DNA of 64,000 nucleotides, taken from NCBI GenBank assembly GCA_053919585.1, contig CM132814.1, one strand, 5' to 3'. A program made the position numbers and the translations under genes. The notes below the pieces were generated by a model. It saw nothing but the letters and a program-made list of their open reading frames with translations. It made no database searches and had not been told where the DNA came from. Below are positions 1 through 13,796 of the stretch, in pieces. Source of the DNA: Euprymna scolopes. Lineage: Eukaryota. Position 1 is the first letter of the stretch, and every line of letters begins with the position of its first letter.

Positions 1-1286
1 ACCCAGATCATAAGTCAGAAACAGACCAGCGATTGTGAAATGTCTTCCTGTCTCAAGAGTTCAGAAAGATCTTGGTGACTCCCTATCTTTTTACTCATCT
101 CATTTCCTATACATATAGGTTTTTGCGATAAGCTGAAGTAATAACTCTATTATTAAACATGTAGAGATTTATAAAAAAAAAAAATCAGAATCAGTAATTG
201 GAAAAATATTGGAATTATTCAATCAATAGTCATGATGAAACGATTCCAATATAATTCCTGATTCTGATTCTTTATAAATCTCTAAATGTTTAACAATAAA
301 GTTATTTCTAATTATCATAAAAACACGTGTTAAATATGTGAAGAAGGATGATCTACAGATTTCAATTTTACTCGTAATTTAAAATCAATATCATTTTAAC
401 ATTACTATCAGCGGTGGGAGACTTTGCTTTAAAAAAAATCAAATAAAAAAGACAATTTGTTGTTTTTGGCATCGGAAAATGGTCACAAATTTTTCCGATT
501 CTGATGCCCCCAAAAGTTTTGATTTTTCCGATTCCAATTAATTGTTCCAACACTGATACGCACGTATCACGTATGAGGCAAACAAACTTCAACGATTTTT
601 AAATAACCTTAATAAAAAGTTTGAAACCAGTGAAGCTTAAGTAATTTATGTTTTAAAACTTTACGAGTTCATTCCTTATTTTAGTCACGCAAATCAAGCG
701 AATTCGGTTTCAGCTTTTTTATTATTGTCTATTTTAAGTGCATGTGCATAATTCTTTGTGTATTTAAATGCACATGTCTTTATGAGGAATACATACTGTA
801 CATCAATGTTGAAATCAAGGTCATGTAGGTATGCGTACGTGTTATATTGAATCCACGTGTGTGCAGCTATAGTAGCCATGTTGAACCCATGGTGCTTCTT
901 GGGATTTTGGTTGCACCCCCAAGAGAGAAGATTACAGTTCAAAAAAGTGTTGTGGAAGGGGGCAGCTCACTTTGGTCTCCTGGCCGGAAAAATTGAAGTA
1001 GACCCTTTTATTAACTTCTATCATGTGCTCAGCTTGCATGAGAAATAGTTTTGATTGGGTAAACGAGACAGAAAGTTGAATGCTTGCATCAATCAGTGCT
1101 GAGCTTATGAACTAAACACAGATTCAAAATAATAAATCGTAAGCTGTCACTGTAATCACTACTGTTACTACGTGGATGGGAGATTCATCCCAAAAATAAA
1201 ACATTCATAAAAACAAAAATTTTACAACATAATCCAGCATATTAATAAAATCTGTTAAGAAACGAGGTCATAAAATCGTGACTCAC

Positions 1287-1440
1287 TTTTTTCGTTTCAT
1301 TTTTTACTTTTTCTGTTTGTTTCTGCAGTTGATCCAATTGTGATCGTCGATCTTCCAATTCGGTTTCAAGCTGCGTTTGTTTTTTGACCCGTTCTATCTC
1401 TGACTGTCGATGTCTCTCCTCCATAATTTCAATTTGCTGC
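1287..1440 (-). CDS. KIF16B: KIF16B exon U, coiled-coil stalk ([14 protein letters not shown]...KVKNETKK)
   Basis: cag/gtgag, 154 nt, phase 2/0; continues [12 protein letters not shown], as KIF16B continues ESKRKLIEEMEE. Confidence 0.88.
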
Positions 1441-4400
1441 CTGAAAAAAAATAAAAAACATCATAATCAGGGCAGAACTGTAACAGATTTTTACTAAAAC
1501 TATCATCTCTCTACCTCATAGTAACAAAATCACACCCCTTCACTGCTGAGGTTCCTAAATGCCAGAAAGCCTTTTATTCTAATACTTTTTTCTCTTGAAC
1601 AGCTAGACTTTGGATTCCCTTCCTGCTACCCTGACAGTACTGATATGCAGAAGTTTAAATTTAATATAAACCAACATGTTGTGCATCTGTCTGCTAAACA
1701 TGGTCCCAAATAATAGCTGCTCACATCCATTTAGGGTGAACATAAGTTGAAAAAAAAAACAATATTTGTCTTTTTTTCACATTTTCTTCCTCTCTTCATT
1801 CCTCTTTAGATAGACACACACAGCCAACAACTCTTCCTTACATAATCAGTTCCTCGAAGTATAAATCAGCATTTTCTTTCAAAATTAGTAAATAAAATGA
1901 CTGAAAAATCAACATTTCCTCGAATAACATTTAGTTAAGTGGACACCCAGATTTTTTTCTAAATTTTAGATATTCATCCAGTGCAATGCTAATCAGAAAT
2001 ATACCAACTTTGTGGCAGTTTTAATTATTTGGATTAATTGGACTCGTGTTCTCATCTTACATAATGTTTCAGTCAATGTAACCTCCGACCTTCTTTAGAC
2101 GTACAAGTCACTATGTTTAATATTGAGAAACGATTATCTACATACCGAGGTTTTGTATTTAGGTTCCAGTTAAAAGTGAAAATTAAAAATTAAAAATATT
2201 AAACATATGAAATATTATTTCTAAAATATTTAGAACAAAAAAATAGGGGCATCTAAAGTTTAATTAGGTTCATCAACCAATCAAAAGTTCTTAAAAAACA
2301 ATTTATGAAACTAAGAGACTATTAATAAACATAATTGTTAAAACGTGTTATTCTTGTAAATAGATATCTAATTCTAGGTTTGTTTTACTGTACACATAGA
2401 TTCAAAAAAGTTGTCAAAAAACAAATAAAAAAACAAATAAAAAAACAAACAAATGTTATTAAAGGAAAAATAAGTTACTTTTCTACCTAGCTGGATAGTT
2501 TTTTATTTAATGTAAAATGTTTATTTGGTTCAAAAAACTGTGTTTATGGATGTATTTGAAAAATGCAAATAGCGGCGGACTGTGTTAAGTACTTAAGTTT
2601 GGAAAAATGAGTTAAAACTAAAAAACTATACAAAATACTGTTAGAAACCCACGGAATATTGAGTGGGCTTCTAACAGTATTCTGTATAGCTTTTAGTTTT
2701 AACTCATTTTCCCAAACTTACGTATTCAACAGAGTCTGCCGCCATTTTCTTTCAAATACACTGGTAAACACTGTTTTTTGAGCCAAATAAACACTTTACA
2801 TTAAATAAAAACACTAAAAAATTATCCAGTTAGGTAGAAAAGTAACTTATCTTGCCTTTGATAACATTTGTTATATATGTTTTTTTTGGACAACTTTTTC
2901 GAATCTGAATACAAACCCCTAATTCCCATTAATGCGATGCTATTTTCAAGTTTCATGTGAATATTTTTTAATGCACTATCTTAGCATCTAGTATCAAACA
3001 TGACGACGTATACACCTGAAAAGTTTATATCAACATCGACGGAAACATTGTGAAAATTACATTCAAGATGAGAACGTTAGTCCAATTAATTCCAATATAA
3101 ACAATCATTCCTCACCTCAAAAACCTTTAAATCTTTCAACACAAGGATTTTTTTAAAGTTTAAATGACAGTTTAAAGGTTTACTAATTCTTTTCAAACTT
3201 TTAACGTTCACAAATTCATTCTTTAGTTTTTTTCAACTATTATCAAAAGATTAAAACGGCGCACTTGTTTATAAAGAAACTAAAATGGCATTCTGATGGA
3301 TTTAATTTTGTAATCAACTTATTTTAAATAAAACTTTTGCTTCAATTTTTAAAAATTTTAATATTAAAAATAATTCAATATGCAATTATGAGAGATAGTA
3401 TTAAATGAGTTACTTTATAAACTTATTAATAAATGAATGAATATGGAAGAAAAATATTAAAATTTTTCGTGATTCTTCATTTTAGCAGAATTCAAAAATA
3501 AAAATATTGAATTTCAAGTAAAACCAATGGTATCCATTTAATTGTCATGTCACAGTAATGAACATATCCAAAAATTATGAAAAACAATAAGGTAGAAAAT
3601 TAATTATTAAAAATAGTTTTCAAAGAAAATTAGTGAAAATTGAGTTTTGTTAAAAAAAAATAATAAACAGGAGAGCTCAAATTGTAACAGGGGAGGTAAT
3701 TATTTTCTGAAAACTGAAAATCTTGAGGCAATTTAGCAAAAGTCAATTCTCACTAATTATCTTCAAAAACTTTTAATAATTAATTTTCTACCTCATCGTT
3801 TTTCATGATTTTTAGATACATTCATTATTGCGACATGACAAATGTTGGTTTTACTTGAAATTCAATATTTTGATTTTTGAATTCCTCAGTCATAGCAAAG
3901 AAGTGCCCTGAAATTTTATTTTTTGTTCTTTAACCAAAACATATTTTTTTTTTATGTTTTACAAACGAAAACCTTGATATTTGATATTTTTTTTTTACAA
4001 ACGAAAACCTTGATATTTGACATTTTTTTTACAAACGAAAACCTTGATATTTGACATTTTTTTTACAAACGAAAACCTTGATATTTGATATTTTTTTTTA
4101 CAAACGAAAACCTTGATATTTGATATTTTTTTTTACAAACGAAAACCTTGATATTTGATATTTTTTTTTACAAACGAAAACCTTGATATTTGATATTTTT
4201 TTTTACAAACGAAAACCTTGATATTTGATATTTTTTTTTACAAACGAAAACCTTGATATTTGATATTTTTTTTTACAAACGAAAACCTTGATATTTGACA
4301 TTTTTTTTACAAACGAAAACCTTGATATTTGATATTTTTTTTTACAAACGAAAACCTTGATATTTGATATTTTTTTTTACAAACGAAAACCTTGATATTT

Positions 4401-6104
4401 GATATTTTTTTTTTACAAACGAAAACCTTGATATTTGATATTTTTTTTTTACAAACGAAAACCTTGATATTTGATATTTTTTTTTACAAACGAAAACCTT
4501 GATATTTGATATTTTTTTTTACAAACGAAAACCTTGATATTTGATATTTTTTTTTACAAACGAAAACCTTGATATTTGATATTTTTTTTTTTTTACAAAC
4601 GAAAACCTTGATATTTGAAATTGAAATAGAATAATCTTTTTGTTTGTGCTGTCATTTTTTATTTTGACAAAAGATTTACCATTTATAATTTTAATATTTG
4701 ATAATATTTTTCAGATTTTTGAAAAGAAAGACAGGAAAAAGATTAAAAAAAGGAAATGGGGAGAAAGAGCAAAAATGAAAAAAAAGAAAAAAAAAAAGGA
4801 AAAACTAAAATGAAAAAAAAAAAAAAAAGGAAAAACTAAAATGAAATGGAGGTAGAAAAAATACAGAAAAGTACTGATAATAAAAAATAAACTAAAAAAA
4901 ACGAAAAATAAAAAAAGTTAGAAAAAGGGGAAAACGAAAAATAAAATAAGAGAGGAAGAAATAAAAAAGGAATAAAAAAATTGATAAAAATTCAAAGGAA
5001 TAAAAAAAAAATGATAAAAATTAAAGCAAATTAATGTTTTCAATCCAGAAGAGAATGAAGTCGCATGATCAAACAATGTTATTTTCATAACTGCTCAAAC
5101 CTTAGCGACATTCCTTCTGTTTACAAAGAGAAGTTCTCTTTAAACAAACAGGAATGGTTTCCAAGATTTTCAGATGAAAGTTTGAACGAGCATGATTAGG
5201 TTTGAACATGGTTAGCCTTTAGGATATTTCAGTATTGTACACAGATCTTAATACAGGTTTATTTTAAATTTTATTTTAACATATAACTTTCTTTTTTTTT
5301 TTTTTTTAATCCCATTAATAGATCATAACGTTGCTTTATTTTAGTACGTATAGTTTCCATAGTGTTTCTTTCCTATTTTATTATAAATAAAATCCCTTGA
5401 ATCAGCTTTACACATTATTATTGATACAAGAAAATTTACATAGTCGCTACACTGGACGAGCTAATGTATTGGACAAATGGTTGGTCAAGTTTGTATTCCA
5501 CTAAAGAACCAGACTTCTTCAGTGGGAGACAAACTTTATTAAGTCAGCTGACGAAAACTTGTGGTCTTTACTGACCACTTGTCTAATACATTAGCATGTC
5601 CAGTGTAGCAACTATGTAAATTTGTCTATAGTAATAAAAATACATCTTTTTTAAGCACTCTTGATAAAGTCGTAAAATTCACAATTTTTCCTCCTTTAAC
5701 TTTATATATATACATACAGACATATATATATATTAGTTATGGGACAATTTCAATATTTTTCCCGATTCCGTATTAAATTACCGATTCCGATTCTTTATAA
5801 ATCTCTAAATATTTAACTACAGAGTTGTATCATTTCTCTGATCACCATAAGAACACACATATTAAATGTGCAAATATTTTCCAAAAAGTAAAAATATACT
5901 TGTGAGGGATGATCTATTGGTTTTAGCTCCACTGAAAATCAACCAATATTTATTATTTCATCATTATTATCAGCAGTGGAAGATTTTGCTTTAAATAAAA
6001 TCAAATAAAAAAGACAAAAGAATCGTTTTGGCATTGGAAAACCAGTACAATTTTTTCCAATTCCGATACCCTATATATTCCGATTTCGATTAATCGTTCC
6101 AACA

Positions 6105-6173
<69 letters not shown>

Positions 6174-9100
6174 GAGGGGCATTCTAAAAGTAATACCTTC
6201 TATTTTTTATTCCGTCCAAATGGATCAGAGGAGATTACAAATTGCATTGTTATGATGACTGAACTTATGCATTCATGAACTGAAAGTTTCAACTCTCTGT
6301 TGCAGATTATGACGGTGGGAGACCTATGTCATGAACATGCTCAGAAGCAGATATAAGTCACTGAATTTGTAGCAAAAGTGCACTGAGAACAATAGTGACT
6401 ATGTAAAAAAAAAAATTTTTTTAGAGCAAAAATGGTTCCTTGTTTTAATAGTACCACTCCCATCTTTGTAGTTCTTCAATTTTTTGAGTTAAAAAAAAAC
6501 ACGAAAACGTTATAGTCCATTCACCTAGAATAAGTGATTTCTGCCAAAATTGATGGTTGCATATCGTTAATTTTGTACTCATTTTTGCATTAAATACGAA
6601 TCTCTTAGCTGTGCATCAAACAGACACCATAATAATTAGTTTGCTGAACCTTATCCTAACAAAGTTATCCATACAAAATTTCAGCAAAATTGAACCAGTA
6701 GTTTCTGAGAAAAAGTGGAACGGATGGACCAACAAACTACGAGAAATATAATAACAAAAAAATGCTAAAAGAAATAGATTCAACCAAAATGATGTTTTCT
6801 GTGAAACATTAACATGGATTATACTTGAACCAATGTTATAATGATGATCCACAAGTTAAGTATAGTTTGGTTTGGCAGGTTATGTCATATCGACTCTTAT
6901 AGGTAGTTTAATGCCACTATTTATTTTGTATGAAAAATTTGTTACACTTTCAGAGTGATCTTGAACAAGGTTTCCAGATATATTGCAAAGTGATGAGTGG
7001 AAAAATGAATTATTCAGGATAAACAGATATTGAAGGCTCCTCGTTTCTTCAATAAGTTTCCAGTCTTTTTTTATGGACAGTCATTTAAAATTTGTCAAAC
7101 TTTTGGAAATTTAAGTATATTATTGCTATACATCTTATAAGATGATTGACCAATTTTTATGATTTCAGGTTCAAATGAACAGTTACAACAGAAACTGGAA
7201 TACACCCTACTAAAGCCTGATTATTACAACTGATGAATTTCAAAAATGCAATCTGGACGTAAGGATACTTTAGAAGAATGATATGCAATAAAATTCTGTT
7301 TTAAACTTGGAAAAAATGCTACAGAAACATATGGAATGCTTTTGGACCATCTTGCATGAATCGAGCATCAGTTTTTGAGTGGCATAAGAGATTCAAGGAA
7401 TGGGGCTTCAAAGTCATACTGAAGACAGGTATGTGAATGAAATGATGGATGTGCAATAGAAATCTTAAAGACAGGCTTAGTTCTGATGAGCCCAGAAAAT
7501 CAAATCTAGACAGTATAGAGAAATGTGTGCAGAAAAGTAGACTTTGATGGTATGGTCACGTTGAAAGAATGGATGAGAGTTCTTGGGTTAGTGTATGTAA
7601 AACAGTCTGTGAGGGATGAGAGGTGTGGGAGGAGTAAGGCAGTCAGAACACCAAAGTTGATTAGCCAAATAAAGAATTTCATGGATAAGGACAGTCGTGT
7701 GTCTACAGAGACAATAAGTGCACAGTTTGATGTCGGTGGGGGAACTGTACACACAATTATTCTCGAGGAATTGAAGATGCGGAAGATTTGTGCGAATGCA
7801 CGAGTCCACAACTCCATCCTTGTCACAGACTATTTGACTAAGATGGGCATCAAAACAGTTTCTCACCCTCCCTATAGTCCAGACATTGGTCCCTGTGAAT
7901 TTTGGTTATTCCCTAAGCTCAAGGAAAACCTTAGAGGCTGTTATTATGAAATAATTGAGATGAAAGATGGCTATGATGAGGGTCATTCAAACTCTTACAC
8001 AAGAGACCTTCCAAAGGTTGTTAGAATGGTACAAGTGAATTGCAGCTGGAGGAGATTACTTCAAAAGGGACTAGAATTTCATGTGTGTATTATCAAGAAA
8101 AGTGCCCATACAAAAAAGTCTGGAAACTTATTGAAGACACCTTATAAATATGGATATTGTTGGAACACAAGGAGGTAGTGGAGTGATTCTAAGAGTTCGA
8201 AGATCAGGGAATTTCTGCCATTATTAACCAGCAGAGAGTTAACACTGTCGACCAAGGGAAAAGTCTATCAGGCATGTGTATGCAATGTGATGATTTATTG
8301 AAGTGAAACCTGGTCAGTGATAGTTGAGGGCAGGTGTTGCATGGATAGAAATGATATAAGAATAATACAATGAATATGTTATGAGAGTTCCAAAGACAAA
8401 CTTAGTTCTGATGACGTCAGAAGATTAAAGCATAGAGAAGATGTGTGCAGAAAAGTAGACTTTGATGGTATGGTCACGTTGAAAGAATGGATGAGAATTT
8501 TGGGGTTAGTAGATGTAGAACAGTTGAGGTAGCAGGGTCAGTTCACAGAGGAAAGTCAAGGAAAACATGGGAAGTAATAAAATGTTTGAAGGAAAAAGGT
8601 TGGTTGTTTTATGGTATATCAACCCTTTTTGGGTTATTTAATGCAGAATCCAGCAATTTTGATAAACGTTTCTATGATTTAAGTTCTTTACATCTTTAAA
8701 ATATTTATTCATGAGTTTGGTTGTTTTATAGAGAAAAATTGTTTTTATTTTTGACTTTGCAGAACATGATTGAGTTATGCAAAGGGAAAGGAAAAAACAT
8801 CAACGTTTGGTGCATTTTAAGTCAGGAAGCCAATATCTTTAAACAGCCTAATCTGGTAGCACTAGATGCCGTAATAGGTATAACCACATTGGATCAGAGT
8901 GGGCCTGAGAGCAATGGTAATTTAGGGGCAACAAATGGGGCTTCAAAGTCATACTGAAGACAGGTATGTGAATGAAATGATGGATGTGCAATAGAAATCT
9001 TAAAGACAGGCTTAGTTCTGATGAGCCCAGAAAATCAAATCTAGACAGTATAGAGAGATGTGTGCAAGTAGACTTTGATGGTATAGTCACGTTGAAAGAA

Positions 9101-10273
9101 TGGATGAGAGTTCTTGGGTTAGTGTATGTAAAACAGTTGGGATAGCAAGGAAAACATGGGAGAGAGTGATAAAGAAGGGGGTGAAGGAAAGAGGGATAAG
9201 TAAAGATATGTCAGAGAGCTTAGTAATTAATTTTTAAAAGCCATCCAACACATGCCAGCATATCAAACCAAATATGACGACAATTTACATTTCCTCCCTC
9301 CATCTAAACCATTCACGTACAGATGAAAAGTGTGCATAGTGACAAGCAAGACTAGAGTTTTAGTATCTTACTAAACCACCTTCACATCACTAGTTATCGA
9401 GATAAAACACAGTTATTCATATTATTTGGATTCTTTGGACTACTGTTCTCACCTTGAATGTTATTCTTGCGTTTTGGCTGATGGAACGAGAGTATGCTAC
9501 TCCTGTAGATTAAATAAAGGATTCCGTTCAAAATTTTATGCAGCTTTCCAAGTTCAACAGAAAGATTCCACAGTTCAACAAGATACACCTGAAGTTAGGT
9601 TATATCGACTGAAATGTAGTGAAAATAACACTCAAGATGAGAATAGTGATGTATCTGTTTGTTTTTTTAAATATGCTTTTGTGATAATATTTTTTAAATG
9701 TAGTAATGGCTTCTTCTCTCTCTATTTTTTTAATAGCTGAGAAGGGACGTTTTCCCTCCAAATATTATGCTATACAAACCTCAATATAGAGCGATATTGA
9801 GGGCAAGTAAGATTTATAATTAAAAAAAATAATTTAAAAAAACCCAAAGATTTCCACTGACTGGTTGAACATATTTTTAATTTTTTCTTCTTTCTGAAGA
9901 TGAGGTATACCTAAAAAAATTTAAGAAGCATAGCACCACGCTATCATGATTCGACACAACTACATTGGTTGTTAAATAATTTATAATTGAAATTTATTGA
10001 AAAATCTTTCGATATTGTCATTATTCTTGTTTACTTTGTCCCATACTTAATGTTTTTCTAAACTGCATTGTTATAGCCTTCAAACACAAATCTTTACACA
10101 ATACGCACAATGCTTTAAGCAAACTATAACATTCTCCTCTGTAGTTATGTTGGAATAAAATTTCCTTTTTAATTTGTTTAATTAGCCATAATTTGCAAAT
10201 TATTAACCAAGTGATGTTTTACTTCATCTGCGTTTATCATTTTTATCCTCTTATTTCATCTTACTGCATCTGA

Positions 10274-10317
<44 letters not shown>

Positions 10318-13300
10318 CCACATATATAGGTATGCATATATAAACAGTCAACCAAACCTTATTTCACACACTATCACTTCTTTTCTCTCTTCTATCTTTG
10401 TATATATTAAAAATCAGTTAATAAAAAATAAAAAAAAAAATAACCAGTTATTTTTACATGTAACTAGCTTTAGGAACTCACTTTTTTTCTGATTTAAACA
10501 CTAAACCGCAATAGATGACAAGGATTCACTTTTTTTACTATATATATATATATATATATTATGGAAGTGTAGCTTTTTTTAATTTTTTTTTTTTTATTAT
10601 TCAATTTTCACCCCAAACAAGGCACAGTGCCACTTTGAAGCAGGGGGCTACTATTAGGGACTTAATTAGCGGGGTCATTATGAAGGGAGAAGAGTAGAAA
10701 GATGTTTGTTAACATTACACTGGAACTTCTGCATATCATTGCAGTTGGGAAAGCAGAATCCCGGAAGGGAGTTCCAAAGACCCGCAGTTCTGGGGAAGAA
10801 ACTATTGGAGTAAAAGGCTTTCTTGCACCTAGGGATCTCCACTGTAAAGGGATGAGACTTAGTAGCTTGTCGGGTTTGTCGGGGGTAGTTACATCGGGGA
10901 GGTACAAGTGTTTGCAGTTCGTCAGAGCATTCACCATTAAAGTATTTGTAGAACAGGCAGAGGGATGCAACATCTCGTCGATGGGACAGAGGTTGAAGCC
11001 TAGATGACAGTTCAGGACCTATCAGGTTGGCGACTCTTTTTTGAACCCTGTCCAGGAGCGAGAGACAAGCAGCAGATGCACCAGCCCAGATGTGACAACA
11101 GTACTCCATACATGGGCGAATGGTTGCCTTATAGAGGTATAGGATACTGGCAGGCGTAAGTAGTTTTCTAGCACGGTAGAGGGAGCCAACCTTCCTTGCA
11201 GCAGCCTTGGCAATGCTCTCAATGTATCTATTCCAGTTCATATTCCCTGTAAACGTTAGGCCGAGGAGTTTAAAAGAAGTACTTTCAGGCAATGTGTTCT
11301 TGGCCATTGCTATTGGTGGTAGAGAAGGTTTCTTGTAGTTATTGAAGGAAACAAGCTTAGTCTTAGCAGCATTGAATGAGACCAACCATTTTTGTCCCCA
11401 TTCCACTACGGATTGGAGGTCATCCTCTAGTGTTTCTGCCATTTTCTTGGATATGTGTTCATTTGTTTTCCCCTCATATCTGTTATAGAGAGTGGTGTCA
11501 TCGGCAAATATACCCATCTCCGAAACAATATTATCAGGGAGGTCGTTTATGAATATCAGGAACAATAGAGGTCCAAGGATAGACCCCTGAGGCACTCCCG
11601 CATTTATGTCATTGTTTGGATGTACGTCCGTCGAGGACAACTTTTATTTTTCTATTACTTAAGAAGGATTTAATTACGTTATGAATTCTTCCAGTGATTC
11701 CATATGATCTAATTTTCCTTAGAAGACCATCGTGCCATACCCTGTCAAAAGCCTTAGATATATCAAGGGCCACTGCTCTACCCTCCCCTGTTTTATCCCA
11801 TGAACGGTATATACGTTCAGAAACTACAGTTAAGATATCTGCTGTTGAACGGGCTTGCCTAAATCCATATTGTTTGTCAGTCAGGAGTTTAGCAGCTGTT
11901 AGGTGCTGGACTAGGACTTGATTAACTAAGGACTCAAATATTTTGGCGAAAAGCGGGAGGAGGCTAATGGGGCGATAATTTAGTGGGTCAGTTCTTTCAC
12001 CAGAATTCTTGAAGACTGGTACCACAGAGGCGGTTTTCCAGCAGTCGGGAAAACAAGATTCGTTAAGGCATTTATTGTAAAGTTTGGACAGAACTGGAGC
12101 AACCTCGGCAGAGCATTTTTTTAATAGCACAGCCGGGATGAGATCTGGTCCACATGCTTTAGAGGTGTCTAGGTCTTTTATAATAGCATGTACCTGAGAA
12201 GGGGTGATTTTCAAATCGTCAAGTGTGGCGTATGTTCGCAGAGGAAAATCAGGGAGTGAGTGGTGTACCGAGTTCAGTGTGGAGTTTGAGGCAAACCGAC
12301 TGGCAAGCAGATTAGCCTTGTCAGTTGCCGTGCAAGCAACCTCATGATTGTTTGTTAGTGGGGGAATAATTGACTGTTCATTATTAACTACGCTGTTGTA
12401 GATTTTCCAAAAATCCCGGGTTCCTAATTTCTGTGCTTCGATGCGCTTTCTTGTGGTTTCAGAGTAATCTGACTTAGCTGTGTCTATCACTCTCTTACAA
12501 TTATTTCTAGCTTCTATAAACTTCTGTTTATTTGAGCTGGACTTATGTCGGTTGAATCTGCGGAACGCATGCTGCCTTTGACAAATGGCAGCTGCACAAG
12601 CAGAAGTAAACCATTGGGGGGAGTGGGGCTTGCTATAGTATTTCCGTGCGGGAACATGTGCTTCAATAATAGTTTTGAACCATTCAGTGGTCTCATTTGC
12701 ACACTGTTCCGCTGGAAGAGTAAAGATATTTTGCCATGGGGCATCTCTGATGAGCTCCCTGATGGCTTCCCAATCAGCCTTTTTGTAATACCTCGTTGTT
12801 TTGAGTAGTGGGTCTTCAGTTTTAGGGCGAGAATTTAGACTGATTTCTACCATTATCACAGCGTGATCAGCATTCCCGAGTGGGCTGTGGGCATTTGTTG
12901 TACAGTCATTGGGAACCGTTGTCAGAAAGAGATCTAGAAGTGAGGCATGTTGATCGTGCTGGTCTGGGAAACGTGTCGGAAATGTAACCAATTGAGATAG
13001 GGAATGAGATATAGAGAAGCTATATGTGGCGCTACCAGCTACGTCTGTGTGATTTGAGAATCCTAGCCAGTTACTGTGGTGGACATTGAAGTCACCAAAT
13101 ACATGTATCTGTGCGCTAGTATCGAGGGAGAGTGCTATATCTATGCTGTCTGAGACTTTGTTTATTAGAGTACAGTCTTGGTTTGAGGGAGAGCGGTAGA
13201 GAAAATACAAGTAGCTAATATTGTGTTGCATATTTAGTCTGAAGCACATAAAGGACTGGCCCTCTGATTCTAGTTTTATTTCTCTAGTTAGGGGGAGGGT

Positions 13301-13765
13301 GTTTCGAATATAGACTCCAAGTCCATGCATATGTCTGTCCGAGTCCTTACGGTAGAGTGGGAGATAACCAGGCATGTTAAAGTGGTTAGAGGGAATGGAG
13401 GAGTGAAGGTTAGTTTCACTTAATGCTAAGATATCCGGGGTGTTTACAAGGAGAAATGACTCAACATCATCTAAGTTAGTTCTAAGCCCACGGATATTAG
13501 TAAATGCAAGCCTCAAGGGAGGAGGCAGGTTGGTGTTCTTTGAGTTTGGTCCTGGTTTTCCTGGAAGTACATCCACTGAAACAACATGTGTCTACCAAAA
13601 AGTGCTCAATGAGTTAACAGAGCAGGTATATTACATTTATTTATACAAGCATTGATGGTTACATATGTGCATACATGTTTCTGTTATCACCCGGTATTGA
13701 GTGATTACAGAAACATGTATGCACATATGTAGCCATCAATGTTTGTATAAATAAATTTAATTATA

Positions 13766-13796
<31 letters not shown>

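Noticed and set aside
3957-4620. CRISPR-like periodic array (also 34480, 53870, 54678)
   Set aside because: No unique spacers: these are head-to-tail minisatellites in a eukaryotic intron, with no cas genes.
7525-8178. 217-aa ORF as a novel gene
   Set aside because: Chimera of an RTE-relic insertion and a deleted mariner transposase, frameshifted at its end.
10562-13573. TGGAAGTGTAGC / TGGAAGTACATC as TSD of the young CR1
   Set aside because: Only 9 of 12 bases match, too diverged for a near-intact element; left unresolved.
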